From positions 745 through 64,744 of the forward strand of contig CAZKIP010000007.1 in assembly GCA_964552945.1 (NCBI GenBank): 64,000 nucleotides of DNA, read 5' to 3'. How positions within the stretch are numbered: position 1 is the stretch's first letter; each line of letters begins with the position of its first letter. The notes under the pieces were generated by a model. The model ran no database searches and was not told the DNA's origin. It saw only the letters and a list, made by a program, of their open reading frames with translations. This DNA comes from an uncultured Methanosarcinales archaeon. GTDB taxonomy: Archaea > Nanobdellota > Nanobdellia > Woesearchaeales > GW2011-AR9. This document shows positions 55,790-64,000 of the stretch, piece by piece. Position numbers and translations under genes: made by a program.

Positions 55790-57028
55790 TTATCCCCATT
55801 TTTCGATTTTTAGAAGTCGATTGTATTTGGCAGTTCTTTCGCCTCTACAAGGTGCTCCAGCCTTAATTTGACCGGTTCCCAACGCAACAACCAAATCTGC
55901 AATGAACGTATCTGCAGTTTCCCCACTGCGATGTGAAACCATTACCTTCCACTTATTTTTTCTAGCCAATTCAGCAGCTTCAAGAGCTTCTGTTAAAGTT
56001 CCAATTTGATTTACTTTTAGCAACAAACAATTACAACTTTTTTCATTGATTGCTCTTATAATTCTAAGTGGATTTGTTACAGTTAAATCATCGCCAACAA
56101 TTTGTATTTTATTCTTTTTAATCCTTTTGGATTCTTTAGTTAACCTTGCAAAACTATCAAAATCACTTTGATCAAAAGGATCTTCGATAGAAATAATAGG
56201 GTACTTCTTAATCAATTTCAAATAGCGAGTTAATAATTTTTCTTTAGTAAGCTTTTTACCATCAACTACATATTTCCCTTTTGAATAAAATTCAGAAGCA
56301 GCACAATCCATGGCGATGTCAACTTTGTTTTTATAACCAGCTTTTTTTATTGCTTTGAGCAATAGTTTAAGAACTATTTCAGCCTTATGCATCTCTTCAG
56401 GAGCAAACCCCCCTTCATCACCCACATTAGTTGATCCTTTCCCATACTTCTTATCAATCTCTTTTTTCAGCTGATGATACACTTCACTTCCCGCACGTAA
56501 ATTATCTTTATATTTTCTCAGATTGGGAGAAATCATAAATTCTTGAAAACTCAAATTGTTATCTGCATGTTTCCCCCCATTGATAACATTAAAGAAAGGC
56601 CGAGGCAATTTTGTTTTAGTTTTTGTTAATTTATTAAGATATTTGAAAAGTTCAAGATTTTTTGAATTTGCAGCGGCTCTTGCACATGCTAAAGAAACAC
56701 CTAAGATTGCATTAGCCCCTAATTTAGATTTATTATTAGTCCCATCCAATTTAATCATCGCAAGATCAATTTCTTTCTGCTTAGAACAATCTTTACCTTT
56801 CAATAATTTGGCTATTTTTTGAACATTTCTGATAGCTTTCTGAACACCTTTCCCTTGATACCTTTTACCACCATCCCTTAACTCCACTGCTTCATATTTT
56901 CCCGTGCTAGCTCCGGAAGGGACAGCTGCGGTTCCAGAATAGTTTTTAGTAAAAACGGTGACTTCTATAGTAGGATTCCCTCTGGAATCCAAAATTTCTA
57001 TGGCCTTGATATTTTTTATTTTAGGCAT
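55790..57028 (-). CDS. eno: Enolase.
   Basis: IEILDSRGNPTIEV, SGASTGKYEA, and the enolase C-terminal barrel motifs are present. The size is 412 aa. Confidence 0.95.
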   Translation of the reverse strand: MPKIKNIKAIEILDSRGNPTIEVTVFTKNYSGTAAVPSGASTGKYEAVELRDGGKRYQGKGVQKAIRNVQKIAKLLKGKDCSKQKEIDLAMIKLDGTNNKSKLGANAILGVSLACARAAANSKNLELFKYLNKLTKTKTKLPRPFFNVINGGKHADNNLSFQEFMISPNLRKYKDNLRAGSEVYHQLKKEIDKKYGKGSTNVGDEGGFAPEEMHKAEIVLKLLLKAIKKAGYKNKVDIAMDCAASEFYSKGKYVVDGKKLTKEKLLTRYLKLIKKYPIISIEDPFDQSDFDSFARLTKESKRIKKNKIQIVGDDLTVTNPLRIIRAINEKSCNCLLLKVNQIGTLTEALEAAELARKNKWKVMVSHRSGETADTFIADLVVALGTGQIKAGAPCRGERTAKYNRLLKIEKWG

Positions 57029-57082
57029 CGCTAAAGATAAGAAAAGAATTATCCTTAATTAAAGTATTGCTTATTCAACCCC

Positions 57083-57189
57083 ATCCGGAATAACACTTTT
57101 TTGTATAATGTTGCCCTGACGTAGTCGAGCCGATGGGCGTAAGCCCATAATGACGGCGTGCACCAGTATACAAAAACATCCATTCCAGA
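57083..57189. repeat. Copy 3 of the nested-hairpin element.
   Basis: Outer repeat ATCCGGAATA / CATTCCAGAT. Inner stem GTATAATG.../CCAGTATAC. The apical stem is ATGGGC-GTAA-GCCCAT, a compensatory double change relative to copy 2. Confidence 0.55.
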
Positions 57190-57195
57190 TATTTC

Positions 57196-58248
57196 TTATT
57201 CTAAAAGTTTAAGCTTGGGTTTAGAGGTAGATTTAGGTTCAGCTGAGAAAGTTCCAATATCGTTCCTAAAATATTGTGTAGGGACGTACAAACCATCATC
57301 TGTAGTTCTGACCCAATCTTCTTCCAAAAGAAAATTGGCAATTTCTCTTCGTAAAGTTGCGTTCTCCACTATTTTGCTCAAATCTTGCTGCGCAACCCCT
57401 CTACTATCTCTAATTGCAGAATATAGTTTATCAACCTCCTCTTTAAAAGGCAATACAGCACAATTATTACAAACTGGAGCATAAACAATCCTCCCATCTT
57501 CCGCTTCTTCAATTCTTTTAGTTTTATCAAAATAAGGGGCAGAAACATATTTTCCAATAATATTGTTTCCTTTTTTATCATCAAAATCATAAAGAGACAT
57601 CTCACCTGCCAATTCTCCAATATCTGCCTCTTCAACAAAATCAAGAGACCATAATCTTTGAGAATGAGAAGCATCATCACCACAATTTTTTCCTCTAATA
57701 AGAGATTTGCAAACTGGATTCAATTGAATTGAACGTACGTAAGGAAAAATTGCTCTAACATGTCCAAAAGGACGATGTCTGAAATCATACTCTAACCCAG
57801 AAACTCCTAAAGTTATTCCCCTCTTTCTACACCAAGAGATAAATTGGATTGCTTCATTAGCTCCCTTTTCATCAAGGCAAAACAAATTAATTTCATCAAT
57901 CACTACAGCACTAATATCTCTATATTTCCAATGTTTTGCGCCGTCAATAACAATTCTTCCATTCTCTCCTTGATCTGCAATTTTTCTAGAATGAATTTTT
58001 TCCATTCTAAATTCTAAATCAGCAACAATTTCAGGAAAGCCCTGAACGGTTTTGGCAGGATATCCCTCCCTACCATCTACTACTAGTTGATTGACCCCAT
58101 CTCTAGTGTTAAAATGAGAATTATAAGCTACAAAATTTTTTCCGGCATGATGAAAAAGTTCAAGCATGGCAACAACAGCTTTAGTCTTACCCCCATTCAT
58201 AATAGAAAACCAGCCAAAAGATTTCCCTTTAAGATCTTCCACGCTCAT
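57196..58248 (-). CDS. tdk: Thymidine kinase with a roughly 140-aa C-terminal extension.
   Basis: The P-loop is FSIMNGGKTKA (TK-type Y/FSxMNxGKS/T). Walker B is VVIDEINLF. The LEYDFRHRPFG region aligns with the TK lasso. The zinc-ribbon cysteines are NPVCKSLIRGKNC and a later CNNC. The extension has no recognised family. Confidence 0.6.
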   Translation of the reverse strand: MSVEDLKGKSFGWFSIMNGGKTKAVVAMLELFHHAGKNFVAYNSHFNTRDGVNQLVVDGREGYPAKTVQGFPEIVADLEFRMEKIHSRKIADQGENGRIVIDGAKHWKYRDISAVVIDEINLFCLDEKGANEAIQFISWCRKRGITLGVSGLEYDFRHRPFGHVRAIFPYVRSIQLNPVCKSLIRGKNCGDDASHSQRLWSLDFVEEADIGELAGEMSLYDFDDKKGNNIIGKYVSAPYFDKTKRIEEAEDGRIVYAPVCNNCAVLPFKEEVDKLYSAIRDSRGVAQQDLSKIVENATLRREIANFLLEEDWVRTTDDGLYVPTQYFRNDIGTFSAEPKSTSKPKLKLLE

Positions 58249-58347
58249 AAAAAAAGAGATTGTAAAGTGATTAATAAACCTTGTTCTCCCTCAAAGAATA
58301 TGTTTGAAACTATAAAACAATTTAAATGAAGTTCATAAACCTAAATT

Positions 58348-60741
58348 ATGCTTCTAAAGAAAATTGTCTTAGAGAATATTCGTTCCTATACTAGAGAGGA
58401 GATTATCTTCCCAGAAGGCTCAATAATTCTTTCTGGAGACATTGGAAGTGGAAAATCTTCCATTCTCTTAGCAATAGAATTTGCCCTATTTGGAACTTCT
58501 CGCCCAGATTTGCCAGGGGAATTGTTGCTTAGAAAAGGCGCCAAACAGGGGTCAGTTGAATTAAATCTTATTATTAACAATCAAGAGGTTTCGATTAAAA
58601 GAAATTTAAAAAAAGAAAAAGAGAATATTAAACAACCTGCCGGCCATATTATTATAAATAATTTGAAAAAAGATCTTATGCCTGGAGAATTGAAAACAGA
58701 GGTTTTTAAGCTTCTTGGCTATCCTGAAGATTTAATATCAAAAAATAAGAATTATCTCTTTCGCTACACCATCTACACCCCCCAAGAAGAGATGAAATTT
58801 GTTCTACAAGAGAATCCTGAAGTAAGACTAGATACTCTAAGAAAAATTTTTGATATTGACAAATACAAAAATGTGAGAGATAACTTACAAGTTTACTTAA
58901 AAAATATGAGAATGAAAATTGCCATTCTTAATACGAAAACAGAACCCTTAGAAGAAGAAAGAAAGAAGTTGGAAGAAGTTAATAAGGAAAATGAAGAGTT
59001 GCAAAAAAGTTTAACTATTTTATTACCCAAAAAAGAGGAGGCAGATTCTCTAATTGCAAAAAAGAAAGAAGAGATTGCTTTACTAGAAAAAAAGGAAGCA
59101 GAATTTCTAAAAAATGAACAAAATTACAAAAATTCACAAATAATTATTAAAGGTAAAACAGAACAATTAATCCTAGAGCAACAAAAGAAGGAGCAACTTT
59201 CTCTACAAATAAGTGCCTTTTCATTCTCCGGAGATAAAAATGAAATTTCTCGAGAAGTACAGGAATTAGAATTAAAAAGAAAAAAAATTATTTCAGAAAA
59301 AAGTACTTTACAAGAACAAATAAATCAACAGCAACTAAAAATCAGACAACAGCAAGAAGAAATTGCTAAATTAGGAGAAGAGATGCTTCTTCTTCCAGAA
59401 AAGGAAAAAGAAATCGCAACCCTTTCAAACCAAATTGCAACGAAACAAGAATTGCAAGAAAAAAAGAAGCATCTGGAAGAACTTTTCCAGAAAACTTTAG
59501 AAATCTCTGCTAAGAACCTCACCATCCTCAATCAATCAAAAGAACTTAGTAACAAAATCCTTTCTTTAGATAATTGTCCTTTATGTCTTCAAGACGTTTC
59601 TCATAATCACAAAGAGAAAATTTCTAACCAAGAACAAGAAAAAATTAAACAATCGGAAAACCTTCTTTTTGAATCCAACAAAAAAAAGGAAGAAATCTCT
59701 CAACAGAAAGCAGAAGTTTCAAAAAAAATTGAAGAGATTGTTAACAAAGAAAAAATACTTGCCAAATTAAGGATAGAATGTTCTCAATTACAAGAGAAAA
59801 AAAGTTTATTTGAAAAGAAAAAGGAAGAATTACCTCAATTAGCTAAATGGAACAATTTATTGATGGAACAACTTGAAAATCTTCCACAAGACACCAATTT
59901 AGAAAAAAATTTGAAAGAAAAAAGGGATTTATTAGAAAAACTTTCAAAAAAAGAATTCTTACAAAAACAGCTTGGAGAATCATTATCCCTGCAGGAAAAA
60001 TTAAACATAGAAATAAGAAAAATTAATCATGAGAAAGAAGCGTTGGAATTATGGTTATCTCAGCAAGAAAATCCTAAAGAAAAAATAACTTTACTGAGAG
60101 AACTTCTACAAGCAGATATGGATAAGGAAAAAGAATTGGCTTTACAACAGATGGAACTAAAAACCAATCTACAAAACTTAATTCGCAGAGCCCAAGAGAT
60201 TAAAACAACAATAGAAAAATTAAAAGAAGGAAAAAATCAATTGATAAAATATAAAGAACATTACAATTGGCTGGACAAATTCTTTCTCAACCTTACTTAC
60301 GCTATTGAAAAACAAATTATGTATAGCATTCATCGATTATTTAACCAACTTTTTCAGGAATGGTTTGCCATTTTAATTGATGACGATCAAATATATGCAA
60401 AAATTGATGATGGTTTCAGTCCCGTTATTGAACAAAATGGTTACGAGATTGGCTTTAACAATTTAAGTGGCGGTGAGAAAACTTCCGCTGCTCTTGCCTA
60501 TCGGTTAGCCCTGAACAGAGTAATTAATGATGTTATACATCAAATAAGAACCAAAGATGTATTAATTCTAGATGAACCAACCGATGGATTTAGCACAGAT
60601 CAATTAGATAAGGTAAGAGACGTTTTAGATAAATTAAGTTTAAGACAAACAATCATTGTTTCGCATGAGAGTAAGATTGAAAGTTTTGTTGAAAACATAA
60701 TTAGAATTAGAAAAGAAGGACACATTAGCCAGATTGTGTAG
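58348..60741 (+). CDS. rad50: Rad50-like DNA double-strand-break repair ATPase.
   Basis: N-terminal Walker A GDIGSGKSSIL. There is a long central coiled coil with the zinc-hook CPLC near its midpoint. The C-terminal signature is LSGGEKTSAALAY and the Walker B/D-loop is LILDEPTDGF. Confidence 0.8.
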   Translation: MLLKKIVLENIRSYTREEIIFPEGSIILSGDIGSGKSSILLAIEFALFGTSRPDLPGELLLRKGAKQGSVELNLIINNQEVSIKRNLKKEKENIKQPAGHIIINNLKKDLMPGELKTEVFKLLGYPEDLISKNKNYLFRYTIYTPQEEMKFVLQENPEVRLDTLRKIFDIDKYKNVRDNLQVYLKNMRMKIAILNTKTEPLEEERKKLEEVNKENEELQKSLTILLPKKEEADSLIAKKKEEIALLEKKEAEFLKNEQNYKNSQIIIKGKTEQLILEQQKKEQLSLQISAFSFSGDKNEISREVQELELKRKKIISEKSTLQEQINQQQLKIRQQQEEIAKLGEEMLLLPEKEKEIATLSNQIATKQELQEKKKHLEELFQKTLEISAKNLTILNQSKELSNKILSLDNCPLCLQDVSHNHKEKISNQEQEKIKQSENLLFESNKKKEEISQQKAEVSKKIEEIVNKEKILAKLRIECSQLQEKKSLFEKKKEELPQLAKWNNLLMEQLENLPQDTNLEKNLKEKRDLLEKLSKKEFLQKQLGESLSLQEKLNIEIRKINHEKEALELWLSQQENPKEKITLLRELLQADMDKEKELALQQMELKTNLQNLIRRAQEIKTTIEKLKEGKNQLIKYKEHYNWLDKFFLNLTYAIEKQIMYSIHRLFNQLFQEWFAILIDDDQIYAKIDDGFSPVIEQNGYEIGFNNLSGGEKTSAALAYRLALNRVINDVIHQIRTKDVLILDEPTDGFSTDQLDKVRDVLDKLSLRQTIIVSHESKIESFVENIIRIRKEGHISQIV

Positions 60742-61477
60742 GAGAATAATCAACTCTAATCGACAAATTACCTTTCTTGTATCTTTCTGAAATTCTTGTA
60801 AGAGCAATTTCAAAATCGGAGGGGTTTGCAGCAATAATAAGGTCTGTTGTAACTGATCTTGGTTGATCTTGATCCCTTAATTCTGCTCCTAGAGCAAAAA
60901 CATGGTGGTCTTGAAGAGCATCTCCAAACAATGTTCTGACATATTGTCCTAGAACCTTATCTTTAATTCTAAATAAGCGATTTTCCCAATCTTGATTAAC
61001 ATATCTTCCAGAAGTTGTAGATAATGCTCTTGAAATTTCGGCAACTCCAAACCTGTATGATCTTGATACAATTCTTGATAAATAATTGTGGTCTCCAGGA
61101 CGTAGATAACTCTGAGATTCTAAACATTCTTCAGCAGCCCTACGCAACAATTGAGGATCAGAATTATTAATTTCAATGAAAAAATCGATATCACTAATTC
61201 TTTTTTGGTTGTTCTTAATAACTGCTACTCCTCCTTCGATAACTGCAGCATCCCCAACGGCTTGTTCTAGCAACAATTTTCCCCGTTTTACTTGTCTTTT
61301 TTGGTTATTTCTTGAACCTCTACTATGGATACCATTTGTTACCTGTACAATGGCACCAAATCTGTGATATCTTATCGCATCAAGAATTAGCGCGTTGTTA
61401 ACAACAATTCTATTAGGTAATCTGCGGGCAGTATTTTCCGGAAGGGTGTTATTGACAAGAACTCCTCCGTTAACCAT
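60725..61477 (-). CDS. Hypothetical basic protein (Arg-rich, composition atypical for the locus).
   Basis: A 750-nt uninterrupted ORF in an AT-rich genome. The protein is rich in R/V/G/A and poor in K. No family recognised. Confidence 0.35.
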   Translation of the reverse strand: MVNGGVLVNNTLPENTARRLPNRIVVNNALILDAIRYHRFGAIVQVTNGIHSRGSRNNQKRQVKRGKLLLEQAVGDAAVIEGGVAVIKNNQKRISDIDFFIEINNSDPQLLRRAAEECLESQSYLRPGDHNYLSRIVSRSYRFGVAEISRALSTTSGRYVNQDWENRLFRIKDKVLGQYVRTLFGDALQDHHVFALGAELRDQDQPRSVTTDLIIAANPSDFEIALTRISERYKKGNLSIRVDYSPTQSG

Positions 61478-61527
61478 CCAATAGAGATTATGATTTGTTT
61501 TAAAATATTATAGGAACTATAAAATAA

Positions 61528-62352
61528 CTAATCTACTACAGATTTCAAAGAAGCAATCCCTACTTCCAACTGTTCATCAGAAGGTTCTTGCGTAGTAATA
61601 CGTTGCAACCATAACCCTGGAGCTACTAAAGCTCTCACAACAACATTTTTCTGAAATTTAGCACTTAACTTAATCAGTTCATAACTAAGTCCACCGATAA
61701 CCGGTAAAAGGAGAATTCTACCAAATAATTTAATCATCCATGACCCATCTAATAAAGAAAATATCAAGATAGACATCAGAAGAACAATGAAAAGAAAAGA
61801 AGTTCCGCAACGAGGATGAAATCTAGAAAATTTCTTAACATTCTCTAAAGTTAACTTTTTACCTGATTCATAACAATAAATGGACTTATGTTCCGCCCCA
61901 TGATATTGAAATAGGGTTTTCACATCTTTCATAAAAGAGATTATTGCTAAATAACCTAGAAAAAGAATTACTCTAAAAGCGCCATCTAAAGCGTCAAATA
62001 GTAAACCATCTGCATGAATCCATCTTGCAGTGAAAAATGGCAAAAGAACAAAAAATAAGACTGCAAACAAAAATGACATCGAAATTGTGCCTATAATTTC
62101 CTTCTTAGATAATTCCTCTTCTTCACCGAGATTTTGATTACTACTCCAAATTAAAGCTCTAACACCATCGTATAAAGTGTAACCTAATCCTACAACACCC
62201 CTTACAAATAGAACGTTAAATATTTTTGGAAAATTACTGCTTTTTTCTTTCTTAATTTTTATTTTTCCGTTAGGAAGCCTTACAGCTATTGCAAACTTTT
62301 CTTTATTTCGCATCATCACTCCTTCGATGACCGCTTGACCCCCAACTTCCAT
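61528..62352 (-). CDS. DUF1385-family membrane protein.
   Basis: The N-terminal segment GGQAVIEGVMMR, the YHGAEHK motif, and multiple TM helices. Confidence 0.6.
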   Translation of the reverse strand: MEVGGQAVIEGVMMRNKEKFAIAVRLPNGKIKIKKEKSSNFPKIFNVLFVRGVVGLGYTLYDGVRALIWSSNQNLGEEEELSKKEIIGTISMSFLFAVLFFVLLPFFTARWIHADGLLFDALDGAFRVILFLGYLAIISFMKDVKTLFQYHGAEHKSIYCYESGKKLTLENVKKFSRFHPRCGTSFLFIVLLMSILIFSLLDGSWMIKLFGRILLLPVIGGLSYELIKLSAKFQKNVVVRALVAPGLWLQRITTQEPSDEQLEVGIASLKSVVD

Positions 62353-62468
62353 AATATCCCTTAATTATAGATATTTATAAAGGTTTCCGCAGTATATGTA
62401 CCTTCAAATTATAATTTAACTATTCTACTGCAGAAATTATTATTAAGTTGAACTATCTATAAAACTAT

Positions 62469-62807
62469 ATGCGCTATATTGCCCTCCCCTCAGCTATCAG
62501 AGAAGAAAACGAAAGAACCACTTATGGTGCACCATATACTATATTTGCTGTAGATGAGAAAAATTATTTTAGAGTTACTGACCTTTCTGAAGATAAACCA
62601 GTTCGCCACCCATTAAAGTACGGAACTAGAGATTACAATCGTATTAAAAAATGGATTAAAGAAAGAAAATTATTTCAATATCCTAACGCTAGAGCACATG
62701 TAACTTTGGAATGGGTTATTGATAACCTCAAAAAAACTTCCCCAATCCTTCCTGCTTGCTCCCCGAAAGAAGTTCCTCTTCTGAATAACCCAACACAGCT
62801 AGGATAG
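62469..62807 (+). CDS. Hypothetical protein (overlaps the 3' end of polB by about 80 nt).
   Basis: ORF only. Confidence 0.3.
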   Translation: MRYIALPSAIREENERTTYGAPYTIFAVDEKNYFRVTDLSEDKPVRHPLKYGTRDYNRIKKWIKERKLFQYPNARAHVTLEWVIDNLKKTSPILPACSPKEVPLLNNPTQLG

Positions 62808-64000
62808 ATTCAACAGCAGGCATAAGTTGATGTTTAAGATAATATTCTACATCATATTCAGTAACTTCTTCAGGAATCATTGCTCTGTCTCTCACCAACC
62901 CTGAACCTTTACTAATAACGTAAGCAATACTCATTCCTGGGACTATCCTCATTCCTCTATCAGCCAACTTTTGCGCAATTTTTACGTGGGGGCTTATTGA
63001 AGAATACTTACTCAATTCACGAGTTATTTGAGTTTTAATAATCAATTTTGAAATAGGAACTTCTCCTTTTCGAAGTTCTTCAATCTTTTGTTTAACATAT
63101 TGCACAGCTTCTTCATTCTTATTATTCAAAACCAATGATAAAACTTCTTCCTGTACTTCTTTAGCAAAAATGGACCAATTTCTTCTTACCATTTCAAAAC
63201 CGGTAATCTTCATTGAGCCATCTTCCTTAATCAATGCATATTTTTTCTTAGCTCCACGAGAACTTCCTTTCAACCCAACAAAAATTCCCCTCGGAAAGAA
63301 CCCTTCAAACTCTAACTCCATTTTTCCTGGAAGATCTTTGTTTATTTTCTCCATGAAAGACATAGATTGTTTCAACTTCTTTTTCTCTAAAACAATGAAA
63401 CAAGAATCCGTGTCAGCATAAATGACTTTGAAACCATCCAATTGAGCTTCTTCAATAACTTTCATAATGTAATCTCTAGCATAAGCGGTAGTTGAAGCAG
63501 CACTTTCAAAAGAATACCATCTGGCCCCGTAAAAAGCAAGATATCCATAAAATGAATTTGCAAGAATTTTTAGTGCATAAGATCTTGACTCAAGTAAAGG
63601 AGTCATCTTCTGTTGTTTCAATTTTCTTCTATTTGTAATAATATCTTCTAAAACAAAAGGAAGAAACCCTTTCTTATCCTTACAGAACCAATATTGTTCT
63701 CTCCCTGGAACAGTCTCTTTATCTTGACAATTCTCTTTTTTAAAACTTTCAGGACCAATATTGTGAGCGGAAATAATTGTTGGATACAAAGAACGAAAAT
63801 CAAAAATAACAACATCTTCATAAATTCCGGGAGTTGGTTCAAAGACAAAAGCTCCTTGAATAGATTCTTGCATCCTTTGTTCAATTTCATTATTACTTGG
63901 TTTATTTGGAGCAATTACGTTATGATCAATCGCTCTTTTCATAATATAATTCTCTACCAACCTACTGAACCTCATTCTAATTACATCAAAAGTTGGCAAT
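62728..64000 (-). CDS. polB: Family B DNA polymerase, C-terminal (palm/thumb) portion. The N-terminus lies beyond the window end.
   Basis: Motif A is DFRSLYPTIISAHNIGPES. Motif B is KILANSFYGYLAFYGARWY. Motif C is YADTDSCFI. The frame runs open to base 64000. Confidence 0.85.
   Translation of the reverse strand, partial: LPTFDVIRMRFSRLVENYIMKRAIDHNVIAPNKPSNNEIEQRMQESIQGAFVFEPTPGIYEDVVIFDFRSLYPTIISAHNIGPESFKKENCQDKETVPGREQYWFCKDKKGFLPFVLEDIITNRRKLKQQKMTPLLESRSYALKILANSFYGYLAFYGARWYSFESAASTTAYARDYIMKVIEEAQLDGFKVIYADTDSCFIVLEKKKLKQSMSFMEKINKDLPGKMELEFEGFFPRGIFVGLKGSSRGAKKKYALIKEDGSMKITGFEMVRRNWSIFAKEVQEEVLSLVLNNKNEEAVQYVKQKIEELRKGEVPISKLIIKTQITRELSKYSSISPHVKIAQKLADRGMRIVPGMSIAYVISKGSGLVRDRAMIPEEVTEYDVEYYLKHQLMPAVESILAVLGYSEEELLSGSKQEGLGKFF

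Noticed and set aside
62728-64000. Possible intein or split arrangement in PolB.
   Set aside because: Motifs A, B and C are contiguous with normal spacing. There is no intein-sized insertion in the visible portion. The N-terminal half is outside the window, so nothing further can be said.

Overview
This is a 64-kb, AT-rich (roughly one-third GC) fragment that reads as archaeal and is densely packed with genes. Archaeal hallmarks include TFB, ribosomal proteins L10e and S8e, GatD, a membrane-inserted LonB, Taw3, TrmI, a PAC2-family protein, a Sun-family RNA m5C methyltransferase, and a tRNA with a non-canonical insertion. These sit alongside bacterial-type genes: class I GAPDH, a long-form AhcY and a long multidomain RelA/SpoT homolog. 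Nucleotide salvage is heavily represented (PNP, an MTAP-APRT fusion, AMP phosphorylase, thymidine kinase, dUTPase, UMP kinase). Together with the huge secreted or membrane-anchored surface proteins, this resembles a small-genome, host-associated (DPANN-like) archaeon; that is an inference, not a measurement.

The notable content is as follows:
- A roughly 10.5-kb minus-strand cluster of four tightly packed secreted or anchored proteins. It includes an 1825-aa cysteine-rich giant protein and an 824-aa protein with an SGNH-hydrolase domain.
- A 5'-truncated surface protein built from about 99-aa repeats that are dense in N-glycosylation sequons.
- Two very acidic surface proteins with C-terminal anchors, one of which carries lamin-tail and CARDB-like domains.
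- A three-copy family of GC-rich structured hairpin elements in intergenic 3' regions, with compensatory base changes between copies. It is either a candidate ncRNA family or a MITE-like element.
- A tRNA-Val(UAC) with an 18-nt insertion in the T-loop.
- An ahcY gene followed by a single MTAP-APRT fusion.
- A four-gene operon of two unknowns, an HD hydrolase and a MazG-like protein.
- A Rad50 gene with no adjacent Mre11.
- A family-B DNA polymerase running off the window end.

No CRISPR array, rRNA or obvious transposase was seen.
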